The notes under the pieces were generated by a model that saw only the letters and a list, made by a program, of their open reading frames with translations, was not told the DNA's origin and made no database searches. Below, in pieces: positions 44,159 through 58,125 of a stretch of 64,000 nucleotides of DNA; positions within the stretch are counted from its first letter, which is position 1; each line of letters starts with the position of its first letter. The stretch lies in the NCBI RefSeq assembly GCF_009914755.1, contig NC_060934.1. One strand, written 5' to 3'. Source of the stretch: the human T2T-CHM13v2.0 reference genome, Homo sapiens. A program made the translations under genes and the position numbers.

Positions 44159-44976
44159 ATTAACTGCTACTTCTCAGGAATTCACAGATGGGCTCAGAAG
44201 GTGATGATGGGTGCATGAGACAAATTCTAAAAATGAATACATAGATATTATCCCATGAACACAGAAAATATATTTTGATAATAAGTGATATTTTATGTAC
44301 CACTTATAAGTTCCAGGTGTCCCAAACAGAAACTGATATAATGCATAAACTTATTTGGAGGAATATATAGTTCATACGACAGCATTTGGTTGATTTATTA
44401 AGGCACCTAGGTAAAGTCACATGCAAATTCTTGTCAAGAAAGGAAACACCATAATCTTTAAGACCATCACTTAGAAATAAAAATAAATTATATAAGGGAT
44501 GCTATTTGGGCAAAGGGTTAAGGCTATAAATTTGAATATGTGGCTAATATTTCTTAAATTATTTTTCTCTAGGCACAACTGTAATGCCTTCTGCATTGAG
44601 ACATGTCTACAATAAACATGGTCCAACTGGATTACCAACTGCACCATAGACACAGTACCTGAATTAAATAGCAGAAGATAAGAGACTTGAATATTTGTAG
44701 CCTTTGAACATATTCTTCTGAGATAGGACATTCTTTGTTCCCTAAACTTGTATGGGACATTAGAGTTTCCTACCCAGTATGTCCCAGTGCTCAAACTATT
44801 TTTTATTATCTTCAGAGTTTTTCTTTCTGTCTTAATTAAAAGAGTAGTTTTTACAGAGCTACAGAATAAATAAAACTCTGACGTATTTTCACATTCACAC
44901 GTTGAACATTTCATGTACGTTTGACAGTTCAATATTAAACCTAAATTCCCTTCCCCCACCATAAATTATGAAGCAT

Positions 44977-45015
44977 ATATTGCCATCTAGCGTCCTTCTG
45001 AAATGACACTTCTGC
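44977..45015 (-). promoter_or_regulatory. Candidate CTCF binding site
   Basis: Minus strand reads GTGTCATTTCAGAAGGACGCTAGATGGCAATAT. Core ACGCTAGATGGCA versus consensus CC(A/G)CTAGATGGCA, CpG retained, possible upstream motif TGTCATTTC. Confidence 0.5.
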
Positions 45016-45199
45016 CAAGATTATGAAATAAAACATGTTCAGCCAGACAAAGGAGATGTAAAACTTTTGCAAGGGGATATCTTGGATTTGTATGTTTCAA
45101 AAATATTTTTGCTGAAACTCACAGAATGATCCAACGAAAGTGTCGTAAGATCAGTGTCTTCATCATCTCACTGAAAGATAGAGAGTTCCAGATTTGGTT

Positions 45200-45510
45200 A
45201 CTTAGGAAGCATAGTGATGTCAACTATGATTCAGGTGCTTCTCTTTCCACTCAAATCTTGAGCACGTTGGCTTAAATCCTCAGGCTAACGCCCTCATAAT
45301 CACCAAATGCTGCTACTCCTCCATGTATCATATTTTTGCCTAATCATACCTGAGGGAAGAAAGTGGGCAATCCCCTTGTATATGTCTTTGCCAGACAGTC
45401 TTCCATCCTCACAATTGTACCTTTTCCCTTAGGTCTGACTGCATGGATTAGATCACTGTTTATGCCCTAAAGCCAAGGAAATCTGAGCAAGCAAATGCAC
45501 AATCTGGAAT
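45200..45510 (-). mobile_element. Old MLT1-type LTR fragment
   Basis: TTGGCTTAAATCCTCAGGCT...CACCAAATGCTGCTACTCCTCCA...TTCCCTTAGGTCTGACTG...GCCAAGGAAATCTGAGCAAGC. Confidence 0.5.
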
Positions 45511-46147
45511 TTTCCATCTATCATAAGCGCTTATTAAAGAAGAAGTAGAGGTTAATCACCCATGTTGGAAAGAGTAAAAATGACAAAAGAGAGAAAGAAA
45601 CAGTTTCAAGTGGCCTAGGTAATGAGCTTTACTTTTCGTATTTCAACATTCCATAGAAAGGGTCCTGGACATATTACTGAGATGTGTACACTGGGGAAAG
45701 GGTGCGTACTGAGAAAAAGAGAAAGGTACAAAATGAGATAGACCTAGAAGGATCCCCACAAAAGCATTTCTATGATGGAATATTGCATTTGGCCAAGAAT
45801 AAAAAAAATGATCCTGAAACATTCAAAGGACATGAATTACTGGGACTCTGCAAAAGGCCAAGTGAACTGCAACATGAGAGTCCATGCAGTGTCCATTTCT
45901 CATGGGTATGCCTGATTTAATACACAGAAAACTCAGCAGTGAAAGAGACCTTGGATGCAGCTCACAATCTGCATGGCAACTTGGCAGGTACCAGGAAGTT
46001 CTGAATTCCTAATCTTGCACTGTGTGTCCTACATGTAAGACACACAAAAAAGGGGCTTTGGCACTGGCATTCAGATGGTCAGTCTATACATGTGAAAATT
46101 GAGGCCTGAAGAAATCAACAGGGTTTCTGTCAAAGATTAGCATTAGC

Positions 46148-46502
<355 letters not shown>

Positions 46503-46689
46503 TTAGTGTTTTATTCCAATGACTGAAAGTAGTGTTTATCTAAATTTCTTCTATTTACACTATGCTCTGGGGACTGGAAATGTCTTGGGATAGTTTAGAA
46601 TTTGAAAAGGTACTCAGACATATTTTGACATAAAACAATCACATAATCATACAGTATCATTCTGAATGAAAACAGTGGTAACAAACACC

Positions 46690-47460
46690 AATTCTCTTAT
46701 GTGATATAGAACAAAACTTCAGCCTTGAGAAAGGCATTAACTCATCCAGTGTCCCTTGGTGATAAAATAGAGCTGCTGGGTTTAAAATTTAGGTATTTTA
46801 ATTCCAATCCAGCACTCTGTTCACTACGTTGTCTCCAAAATTGTACAGGATATTTGTTAAGAGTTTGGGATTTGGAGACAGACTTGCATATGAATACTCA
46901 GTCTGCCACTCAGTGTCTGTTGATTTAAAATGACAAATTTAATGTCTCTGAGATGTGGGTCCATCATCTGTCAAATATGAATGTAAATAAAAACTATCTT
47001 GTAGGAAATTTGAGAAAATAAAATGCAGTCTCTATAATATGGCATTGGAAGCCCACGCGTATGGTGCTTCCAAATGTTAACGTTAGTCATTAGCTCTGTC
47101 AGGACTCTATTTTCAGGAGTTGTGTGTGGCCCTTGGGGATTCTATGGGAATTTAGGGCCTATCTAATTTAATCCATAACCATTATACCGAAGTCCTGTGG
47201 CTCAGTGTAAAAGTATGATTATGTAGCCCAACCGTGTGGATGCCTATATTAGTGGTGCCATTTTTTATTTTTACAGATTGCAAAAGTAACTTCGAGCAAG
47301 TGATTTAACCTCTCTTTGCCTCAGATTCTGGAACTCTCAAATGAGTATTATAAAAGTATCTATTCCATAGGGTTTTTGCAGGGATTACATGAGTTAATAA
47401 TGTATAGAGTTTAGAACAGTGCTTGGCAAGTGGTAGGTTCTATATAAGTACTATTTTTGC
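46690..47460. mobile_element. Cluster of three MIR fragments (one antisense ~46690-46830; two sense ~46850-47090 and ~47190-47460)
   Basis: TTTGGAGACAGACTTGCATATGAATACTCAGTCTGCCACT; GAGCAAGTGATTTAACCTCTCTTTGCCTCAG...TTAGAACAGTGCTTGGCAAGTGGTAGG. Confidence 0.65.
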
Positions 47461-48009
47461 TTTTTGTAGTTAATATTATAATCAATTATGAAACTATCTC
47501 ATTGGCATCTTCACCCTAATTCCAGAATGGACATTCTAAATTGCAATTTCTATTAAAACAAAACAAAGCAAAACACTCAAACCTTCATGGATGAGCAACT
47601 CTTTTTAGTTCTAGGAGCCTCCAGTCCCTACAATGGCACACACTGTGTAATAGGGGAATGGTAGCACTGCACGGTCTGTCCTGGGAAGCCTCCTCAACAA
47701 CCTGCGATCCTCTGCCCACAAGCACTGTTGATCTCAGCTGTATCAGACACATCATTGCTTTGGTTCCTCCTTCATACACAGCAGCCCTGGATCAGACAAG
47801 TGTCCAGATTCCAGAAAGCCTAGATATCAGCTGAGGAAGTACAAACTATTCTAAGACAGAAAGAAACATCTGTAGTCGTCAGCTGGTTCATTTAAATACA
47901 CAATAAAGTATCCCAGAAAGACTTGTAGTGAGGCTTAACCTTGAAGAATTAGAAACTTTAAACTATTCCACATTAGAGGGTAGGAAAAAATACTGCCCAC
48001 CTTTTCTTA

Positions 48010-48344
<335 letters not shown>

Positions 48345-48714
48345 TTATGTCTGAAGTGCTCATTTTCTCACTTTAAAACAATGCATAAAATCCATTATAA
48401 GCTGATTATACTTCTACATTAAGAAATGAGGCACCACTATAATTTTTTTCCAAGTTCTTCTCTGCCTAAAGGTCAGTGTGGTCAGGGGTGGTATTAGATA
48501 GTGAACCTCAGATGACAGAAGTCATACTTGGCATCCTGAGTTACAGCTGCCAGATGAGTGCAAACATGCTTCCATCTGTAGACGCTGACATTTCCCATCC
48601 TGCTGTAGAATTTTCATATCTAGGTTATTGTGAAATGAAAGTTGAGTCCCTCTTGATTTTCAGGCCTTTGAAACTAAAACTACCAGAAGACTCTTTCTTC
48701 TTTCTTTTTTTAAT

Positions 48715-48891
48715 GGACAAACTTGGCCCACTTCCTGTTTTCTTTTAAATAAAGTTTTGTTGAAACATATTCACATTCATTTGCTAATGACTGCTTCTAC
48801 AACAGCAGAACTGAATAGCTGTGACAGAGACTATCTAGCATGAAAACACTAAAATACCTGTTCACTTAAGAAAAGAGTTTACTAGCCCCTG
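48715..48891. mobile_element. MER58A (hAT-Charlie)
   Basis: TAAATAAAGTTTTGTTGAAACA...ACAACAGCAGAACTGAATAGCTGTGACAGAGAC...GTTTACTAGCCCCTG. Confidence 0.8.
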
Positions 48892-48909
48892 TTTTAAAAA
48901 GGCTAGCAT

Positions 48910-49330
48910 GCCTTTCATCCAAAAGTTCCAGTTCTAGGAATATATATTAAGGGATAGAAGTAAAATATAAATTCTAGACATATACACTAAGTGGGTAAGT
49001 GAAAAAGAAGGATATAGACAGTGAGATGTTTATTGCCATGCTGTACACAACAGCAAAATATTTGAAATAAATCTAAAGTGCATCAAAAATAAATTATAAA
49101 TATTAATACATATAAGATGTATAAGGTACATAAAAATAGTGAATGTTATAAAACTGTTTATTGCCATGCTGTACACAACAGCAAAATATTTGAAATAAAT
49201 CTAAAGTGCATCAAAAATAAATTATAAATATTAATACATATAAGATGTATAAGGTACATAAAAATAGTGAATGTTATAAAACTGTTGAAAAGGATAAGAT
49301 ATACCTATTCAGTTTGACACAGAAATAGAT
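48910..49330 (+). mobile_element. Ancient L1 (L1ME-like) 3' fragment
   Basis: CCTTTCATCCAAAAGTTCCAGTTCTAGGAATATAT...GATGTTTATTGCCATGCTGTACACAACAGCAAAA. Confidence 0.6.
49027..49282 (+). repeat. Perfect 128-bp tandem duplication
   Basis: 49027-49154 and 49155-49282 are identical base for base; TGTT recurs at 49283-49286. Confidence 0.98.
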
Positions 49331-49643
49331 GAGCAACAATGATAATAATAATCACACTTTTATTCAGTGATTAACATGGGCCAGATACTGTATTAATCCT
49401 TTTTTATCTACTATTATCTTCAATTCATAGAAGAAAATATTGAGGTTTGGAAAGAGTGTATTGTTGTTCAAATCACACAACTGACAAATGACAAAGCTGA
49501 CATCTGAACCAAGATTCGCCTCTTTGCTCAACTTCAAAGGAAGAGGCAGAGAAAGAGAGAAGAAGCCAGTGCACACTAGCTGTTAACAGATTGCAGGTCA
49601 AAAAAGAAGCACTGGACACTTCAATTTACTCTCTATTGCTATA

Positions 49644-50793
49644 AAAAATGGCTTAAATACTTAAACATAAGACCTAACACCATAAAAACCCTAGAAGAAA
49701 ATCTAGGCAATACCATTCAGGACATAGGCATGGGCAAAACTTTATGACTAAAACTCCAAAAGCAATGGCAACAAAAGCCAAAATTGACAAATGGGATCTA
49801 ATTAAAATAAAGAGCTTCTGCACAGCAAAAGAAACTACCATCAGAGTGAACAGACAACCTATAGGATGGGAGAAAATTTTTGCAATTTATCTATCTGACA
49901 AAGGGCTAATATCCAGAATCTACAAAGAACTTAAATTTACAAGTAAAAAACAACCCCATCTAAAAGTGGGTGAAGGATATGAACAGACACTTCTCAAAAG
50001 AAGACATTTATGCAGCCAACAAACATGAAAAAAAGCTAATCATCACTGGTCATTAGAGAAATGCAAATCAAAACCACAATGAGATACCATCTCACGCCAG
50101 TTAGAATGGCCATGATTAAAAAGTCAGGAAACAACAGATACTGGAGAGGATGTGGAGAAATAGGAACGCTTTTACAATGTTGCTGGGAATGCAAATTATT
50201 TCAACCGTTGTGGAAGACGGTGTGGTGATTCCTCAAGGATCTAGACCCAGAAATACCATTTAACCCAGCAATCCCATTACTGGGTATATACCCAGAGAAT
50301 TATAAATCATTCTACTATAAAGACACATGTGCACATATGTTTATTGCGGCACTGTTCACAATGGCAAAGACTTGGAACCAAACAAAATGCCCATCAATGA
50401 TAGACTAGATAAAGAAAACGTGGCACATATACACCATGGAATACTATGCAGCCACAAAAAAAGGATGAGTTCATGTCTTTGCAAGGACATGGAAGAAGCT
50501 GGAAACCATCATTCTAAGCAAACCAACACAAGAACAGAAAACCAAACACCGCATGTTCTCACGCATAAGTCGGAGTTGAACAATAAGAACACATGGATGC
50601 AGGGAGGGAACATCACACATTGGGGCCTGTCAGGGGGTGGGGGGCAAGGGGAGGGAGAGCATTAGGAGAAATACCTAATGTAGATGACGGGTTGATGGGT
50701 GTGACAAACCACCATAGCACGTGTATACCTATGTAACAACCCTACACATTCTGCACATGTACCCCAGAATTTAAAGTATGATTTAAAAAAAGA
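49644..50793 (+). mobile_element. L1PA7-like 3' fragment
   Basis: ORF2 C-terminal peptide [21 protein letters not shown]; 3'UTR GCATTAGGAGAAATACCTAATGTAGATGACGGGTTGATGGG. Confidence 0.93.
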
Positions 50794-51679
50794 ACACTTC
50801 CCCCCCGAACCAATTGAGAGTAAGTTGCTGAACTGATATCCCCTTACTCATACATACAGCCATCTTATTCCAATAAACAAAAAATATATGATTTTCTGCA
50901 TAATTACAAACAATGATCACCATTAAAGCCATAAATTAATGTTGATGCATTACTGCCATATAGTACTCAGATATCAATGCTCCCAATAATGACTTTATGA
51001 CAAAAGGATCCCGTTCAGAATCATTCGTCATATTTTATCGTCATGTCTGTTTAGTCTTCTTCATTTTTGGAACATTTCCTTTCTTTCTTTGACTTCCATA
51101 ACTTTGACACTTTTGATAATTGCAGGCCAGATATTTTGTAAAATATATATCCCTTGTGGGTCTGCCTGCTGTTCCCTCATGATTAGATTATATGCATGTT
51201 TGGTTCTTTGTCCTTTCCCTTTAATCTTATCATGCAGTGGATGATTTCAATTTGTCCCATTACTGATAATGTTCACTTCCTCATTACAAATGATGATGTT
51301 GATTAAGTAGTGCTTCTCCACTCTGAAGTTCCTCTTTTTTTCTTAAGTATTTTGTTTCAGAAGGGTCACTTTCAAACTATTCAAAGATTCTTTTCCTCTT
51401 CAAATTTACTTATTTATTCATTTATTTAAACATGGTTAGACTGATGGTTTCCTATTTTATTCAATGGGTTATAATGTGTTACTAGTATTACTTATTTTGA
51501 TGCTCAAATTATGCTCAATTTGGCACAGAGAACTTCTCCTAACTGGCTTCTGTGTCTTTTTGATACATTCCATCATTATTTATTTATTTACTTTCTGGCA
51601 CACACGCACAAAAATATTCCTGGTTCCCATAGTGAAAAATGTATTTAGAAGATAAGATACGGGCAGAAGGAGTGCTCCT

Positions 51680-51906
51680 ATTTTTAAAAACACTTTACTG
51701 AGGTATGATTGACATATAAAAACCTGTACATTTCAATGCTTACAACTTGATGACTTTAGAAATGTGTAAACTCATAAAATCATCCCTACAATCTATGTCA
51801 TAAACCTATCCATCACCTCTAAAAGTTTCCTATTCTTTTTTAATTATTATTATTTATGTGTGTATTTGTGTACTTGTGTGTAATAAGAACACTCAATGTA
51901 AGATCT
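51680..51906 (-). mobile_element. L1MA9-like 3' end nested in L1MC
   Basis: TTTACTGAGGTATGATTGACATATAAAAACCTGTACA...AACCTATCCATCACCTCTAAAAGTTTCC...AAGAACACTCAATGTAAGATCT. Confidence 0.7.
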
Positions 51907-51980
51907 TACTGCTATAACTGCTCTGAGGCCCTTTCAATTAATAGAGCAAACAAATAAAGGAAACCAAACAACACACATAC

Positions 51981-52312
51981 TGCTATGGTTTAAATATAGT
52001 GCCTTCTGTAAAACTCGTGTTGAAACCTAACCACCAAGATGAAGGTATTGGAAGGCAGGGCCTCTGGGAAGTGAATGGGTAAAGAAAGACCCACCCTCAT
52101 GAATAGAATAATGTTGCTATGAAAAGGGCTTGCAGGACCTAGTCCATTTTTCTCCATTCATCTGCCCTGTGTGGACACAGCAAGGCCCTCACCATCCCCT
52201 CCCACTTGATCTTTGGCTTCTCAGTCTTCAGAACTGTGAGAAATACATTACTATTTTTTTTAATTACTTAGTCTGTGCTATCTTGGTACAGTAGCACAAA
52301 TGAACTAAGAAA
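51981..52312 (+). mobile_element. MSTC/MSTD-like MaLR solo LTR
   Basis: TGCTATGGTTTAAATATAGTGCCTTCTGTAAAACTCGTGTTGAAAC...CAGAACTGTGAGAAATACATT...GAACTAAGAAA. TSD CATAC / CACAC. Confidence 0.8.
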
Positions 52313-53189
52313 CACACACACCCTTCCTTGAAGTCATACTGATACTTCAAATTCCAATCTACCAAAACTGAAAAGATTCCTTTTAGTTTTTACACTTTTA
52401 ACATTTGATCTCCCTTCTCTAACAGTGAGAAACTGGGCTCTCGTTATCCTTAATTTATTGTTCTTCCTTTCCTTCTATCCCTTTGCACATAGCCAATATT
52501 TCTTCTTTGCAAAGCCCCACCTTACCTGTCTTTGGTTCCAACATGCTATGTGGGCCACCCTTTGACAGGAAAGCCCTCAATCCTCACCCCTCACCCCATT
52601 TCATAACCAATACTCCAAGCTGGGCCTGTCTCACCACCATTGCATGCATGTCCCCCTCACCTATTCCAAGCTGTTCCCACTTGTGTGTCTTACTCACCCT
52701 GCACAGAACGAGGTGAGGTGCTCCTCATCCCTGCACTACGCCCCTGCAGCTTCCCTTTCCTCCCAGGACAGCCACTTATCTTTTTTATTATGCCCAATTA
52801 AATGGCTTCAGGAATTAATTGTTCAAGAAGAGAAGAGTAAAGAAAGGAAGGGAAGGAAAAAGAGTGGGAAGAGAAGGAACAAAGCAAGATAAAATTTAAT
52901 ACCATGCAGTATAACTCAAAGTGGGGAAGAGAGAGTGAGGCAATATATCCATGAAACAGATCTTTTCCAAGGACTAAGAAAATGAGAATGACATGGAGCG
53001 AGCAATCCAGAAAGATAACAATGCAGCAGTGTCAATGGCTAATGAAACACTCACTACAAATAAAGAGATGATTAAGGAAAACAGAATCTCTGGGCTTAGT
53101 GAAAGAAAAATATTTCTTATTCACAGTAGATTTTTGATAGCTTTGAAAATAGTGATATCTCCCTTATAGATACTGTGCGTTATAAATAT

Positions 53190-53447
53190 GGGGCCTATAA
53201 AAATCTTGGATTTTCCAAGACAGTCACAATTATAGATAATTTTATTCTTTTCCATTAGGCCGCTTTGATAAAAGCACAACTGAATCCATTTTTAACGGTT
53301 GGTAAGCCTGTGTTGTGTGTTTGTGTGTGTGTTGTGTGTGTGTGTATGTGTGTGTTGTATGTATTTATACATATTCATACATCAGAACAAAATTTTTATC
53401 AAGTGAGATGATCCTATTGTTATGGTTTGGAAAATAAGATCATTGTA
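53190..53447. mobile_element. Possible hAT-Blackjack (MER81/MER94-like) fossil containing a (TG)n tract at ~53309-53362
   Basis: Degenerate termini GGATTTTCCAAGACAGTCACAATT and TGGTTTGGAAAATAAGATCATTGTA. Confidence 0.35.
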
Positions 53448-54049
53448 ACCACATTATTTTTATTTAACAATTGACTTTTTAGAATGATTGCACAAATATG
53501 GGAAAAATCTAATTATCCAATATTTTCTGAATTACTCAGTATCTACATCTAAATCTCACTTTCTACTCCATGTTGACCTCACGATAGGAATGCAAAGAAC
53601 CCATGCTACCTCTGCAGTAATTCATATTGTTATTATAAAACAATAATTACCCTTCTGCATTAAACTTTGTGGTAAGTAGTTTGCATGTATTCTGTCAAGC
53701 AATATACAGCTCTAGAATATATGTACTCTCATTTCCACTTATAAAACAAGAAACTCATGTAGTCAGTTATGTAACTTTAAAAAAAAAAAAGCTTTTAAGC
53801 AGAGCAAGGAATTCATAGTCTGGCTGGCTGACTGAGCACTTCTGATTGAACCAGCATAGAACACTACCTCACCATGCTGCCAAAAGAAAATAAGGAATTT
53901 ATTTATAAATATTTCATGCCATCAGGAGCAAATGCCATAGCAAAGAAAACAAGACTTCCCTGAAGCTTGCCAGGATATTCATCTCTTATTTTGAAAGAGA
54001 AATTGGAGGCATTTTGGGGTTATATCTGGGGACTTGGAATCACAACAAT

Positions 54050-54290
54050 GCATAGTGGTTAGAATGTAGCTGTGGCAGCAAATAGACAGGCTCAAAGCCC
54101 AGCTCAGCAACTTACTTGGGACCTCAAGTGAGTTATTAAATTTCCCTGTGCCTCATTTTTCTCATCCATAAATGGGAATGGTAATGAATATCTCCTTTAT
54201 TCTAAATGAAATAATACATAAAGTACTAAGTGTGTGCCTGGCATATGGTAAGTGCTCAATAAGTATCATTAATTTTTGTTACTATTGCTG
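54050..54290 (+). mobile_element. MIR SINE
   Basis: CATAGTGGTTAGAATG...CTGTGCCTCATTTTTCTCATCCATAAAATGGGAATG...GTGCCTGGCATATGGTAAGTGCTCAATAA. Confidence 0.85.
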
Positions 54291-55539
54291 TTGATGATGA
54301 TGCTATTATTTCATAGCCTCTAGCTGTGCCTTACATGTGCTGCTTTTTTTCTATCTTAATTAACATCAGTCTTAAAAAAAGTGAAACTTGAGAAATGACA
54401 ATCCTTGATAAGAATAACTCAACCCTAATTATGAGAGCTTATAAAATTCTATTGCGTATATTCAATCAAGCCAATTAATGTGCAAATACACCAAGAGCAC
54501 CTCCTATGTGCTAGATGCCATCTTAGGCATTAAAGATCCAGTAAGGAAAGATAAATAGGTCCTTTGCCTTCACAGAACTCTCAGTCTCAGTCATTCTTTC
54601 GTGTGCTTCATGCCATTAGTAACTTAAAAAAAAAAGTGAGCTGTAGTGTCTGTTCTCTTGCATGCATAGAGACATAGAGACATAAAAATCATACCTAATG
54701 AGGTTAGAAACAGATGTGATGATAAGCCACAATAACAATGAATCTTAAGCACAACGGTCCTGAGCTGGATCCAAAATCAAGGCTGAGAGGGTTTCTGCTT
54801 CTGGAACAGCTCCTTGAAAAGAAATAAAAAACAACAGCCAAAACAAAATACATAAGAATTCAGTCTGAAAACCAGAGGCAATAAGAGGGCACTCCTTTTG
54901 TTAGTGTCCCACTTGTGTTTGTTATTAGAAAAAGTTCAAATCCACTGGGAGTATCAACATATACGATGACCATCTTAACACATGCCTTGCAGTTTAAAGA
55001 ATAAAACATCATCTATCAATTAAAGCCTTCTCAATATCTATGATTATCACAGATGTATGGATCTGATCACTTCCCTAATGAGGTATAACTTAACTTCTTC
55101 AGGATCTTCATGGGTGAGCTCATTTAAGCACATCAAGCTTGTAAATGGCCAACCACTTACCAAAATAAATGCTTTCTAGTGAAGCAAAATAACTTTACAT
55201 GAGCGAAAATGGTGCTCATTGTCTGCCTTTGAAGTAATTCTAAAGCTCAGAATCAAGCCAAGCTCACCTACTTGATAGCAGGCAAAATGCCAGACACACT
55301 CACTAACTTTGGTTGATTTCATTTTCCCCAAGTCTTATAATTTTCTTCTTTGGACAGCTAAGAAAACCACATCTCCATGAGATGGCCCTTGGGCACCTGG
55401 GTGAGTGCGAGAGCTGCTGGTCACACTCAGTCCGCCGGGCTGCAAGTCACTGCTGTCTCTGTCCTCATCACCATCTGTCCACGGTGCTTTGAAAGTTTAG
55501 GCTTCATGGATATTTTAAACAAACCTCCAGGCGGAACTG

Positions 55540-55710
55540 GCTTTGCCTCATACTGTCTTTAAGGCTTAATTTCCTCATCTGCAGAATAGAGGTGAGGTTA
55601 ACATCCATGTTTTAGGATGTTTTGCTAAAAATATTAAATAATTCATTTAAAGTGCTTAGCACAGTGCCTAATACATAGTAGATGCTCAGTAAATAGTAGG
55701 TGCTACTGTT
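55540..55710 (+). mobile_element. MIR SINE
   Basis: TTTCCTCATCTGCAGAATAGAGGT...AAAGTGCTTAGCACAGTGCCTAATACATAGTAGATGCTCAGTAAAT. Confidence 0.85.
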
Positions 55711-57315
55711 CTTTCCCGTGGGAAGAATAAAAGGTTGTTTGAAAACTCAAAAGAAAACTGCACAGTGCTAATCCTTAGATTCTACCAGGCAAGTGAATGA
55801 ATTTGCTCAGGAGGGGATCAACACGGACACTGGGTGTGGGAGCTGCTCAGAGAGCACTGGCCATCTGTAAGAAATGCCGTATTTATGCATGTGTTCCACC
55901 CACAGAAGACCATTCTGGAGTAACCGTGAACCAACCTCTGACACCATGGCTTTCTCATTTCACTACCACAGCTCAGCATGTCTGTGCCTCTTCCCACACA
56001 GGGCAAATCACATTCTGCTTCAAATGACTATGGCTAGAACCACGGAGAAACCTGTGACTCCCACAGAGGGAGTTTCAGTGGAGGGATTAGAGTGACTTCA
56101 TCAACAGCATTGTCCCTGGGTTACAGACTCAGTTAAAAGATGGGAGTTTCTTTAGCTCTTGTCAAAGAAGCAACACACTTCACACTGTTAAGAGGGGTGA
56201 ATCTAATTCCTTACTATTTTCTAAAGAAACTCCTTTAATGCCTCAGCTAAGGGAGTTTTTGAAAAGTAGACTATTTCAGGGACGCATGTTGGTGATGGCT
56301 TTGTCATCCTAAAGCAAAAATGGCTTTGGTGTGAAAAACTCACAAACTATTTGAAACTGGTATTTTAAATATAAAAAAAAAAGAAGAAGGAAAGGTAGAA
56401 GGAGGAAGAAAAATAAAGAGGAGGAGGAGGAGAAGCAGGAGGAAAGAAAGAAAATGCACTATTTCCTGGCAGACTACAGCTATTGTGGTTGTCTCGGGTT
56501 TGCTATAACATAATGTGTTTGCAAAGGAAATTGCTGAGAGGAAAGTTTTCCAGATTGAGATTCAATTCTGAGGATTTTATTTTGTCTTCCCTGAAGGGGC
56601 TTTGGTGTGTTCTTAAAAATCAGCTTGTAGAGAGTCTTTTGCAGACTCACCAATATGTGTGCCAATCTTTTTTTTTTTTAATTAACTCAGTGACATTTTT
56701 ACAAGAAGCATGAAAAACTCTATATAGAAAGAGCCAACTTTCACAAACCCCACAGGCCTTTCCTTCAGCCAAGAACCATCTTGGCATGAGCAGGAGTGTT
56801 TGATGGAGACGGGTTTGAAGGATTCTTTCATGTGGGAAGTACAGAGAGATGCATCAGCACATCCATGACCTTTTCCTCTGACACACTTTGATGCAATCTG
56901 ATTCATATTCTGACTTTGCAAGAGACTTCTTTGAATTTTCCATCACGATGGGTGGACCATAACCCATTTGCTGGAACCGCAGGCCACTGATGACCCCTGA
57001 GTTACCTCAAGAGAAAGCAATTTTATTCCTGTACTCATGAGTGAGGGTTGGCTGAGCTTCTGTACCTGTACACTAAGGGATTTCTTAGCATGAATGACAA
57101 AGCTTAAGGCCCACGTTTCCACAATAACCCAGCCTGCTACTCCACCGTTGTTCCACATGCACAGCCCAGCTGGGCTGTTATTTTCTTTGCTTCTTGAGCC
57201 TGTGGAACCCATTGTGCCCTCAGATTCTTCATACACTCTCGTCCTCCCTGAATACTCCCTCTCTTACTCCATTAACTTCACCAAGCTGTCCCCGACTTTT
57301 ATAAAACTGGCCCTT

Positions 57316-57613
57316 TCTTCACCTTCAACCAAAATTTTACTTCTTCCTTGAGAATGCCCCCCTATTTCAATATATCTAAGCCTTTTAAAATTCCCTTTTG
57401 TGTAGCCTATACAATTTCCAATAAAGATTTCACAAATCCTCTATAAATACTCCTTGTAATGGGGAGCTCTCTACTATACAAGGAGGACTATTCTGTTTTG
57501 ACCAGATTTTAACACTAAAAAGTGATTCTTGATCAAAAAAGGCATTTATACAGAGACTATAGGGTATATGACCTAGATGAAAATGCAGAAGGGTGTTAAT
57601 TCTAGACAAAAAG
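57316..57613 (+). repeat. Donor copy of a 298-bp dispersed direct duplication
   Basis: Aligns without gaps to 61482-61779 (offset 4166); 26 mismatches by manual count. Confidence 0.97.
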
Positions 57614-58125
57614 AGCATATGCAAGGGTCCTGAGATGGGAAAAAACAAAAACAAAGATTTAAAAAAAAAAAAAAAAAACACCACTCTGGAAGAATGTGAG
57701 GAGCACTGGCATTCCTACAGTGAAGAAAGTGAGGTGGATAATTTGGCAGATATGTTATATCCATATTAATTTTTTAAATTTATTTCTACATTAAAAAGAC
57801 AGCAGAAAAAGATGAAATTAGACTTTTTTCATTTTTAGAAAAAGTTTCTGTAACTTGGTGACAGTTGAATTGTAAAGGGGAAGAATGGAAGTAAGGAGAG
57901 AAGTCAGAAAGTGAGTGCTAGGCTCAACCTTAGAATCACCCCTCCGGTGTGATCCTTCCCACCAAGCCCAACTATTCTGCCCTAGTTCAGGCTCTCACAC
58001 CATCTTTACTCATCGAGCACACTGGTCTATGATTCCCCATTTCACAACTGATTTCCCAGGTTCCAAAGTGTGTGATGTGTATGTGTGCCCCCTCATTCCC
58101 ATCACCAATAAACTCATGGGAAGTT

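Larger units (their letters stand above)
50800..52460 (-). mobile_element. L1MC4-like 3' region, interrupted by L1MA and MST insertions
   Basis: GAACCAATTGAGAGTAAGTTGC...TTGATGCTCAAATTATGCTCAATTTGGC...CATACTGATACTTCAAATTCCAATC...AACAGTGAGAAACTGGGCTC. Confidence 0.75.

Noticed and set aside
44471-44962. 163-aa minus-strand ORF, the longest non-repeat ORF
   Set aside because: AT-rich, apparently non-ATG start, no recognisable domain or exon structure; compatible with chance.
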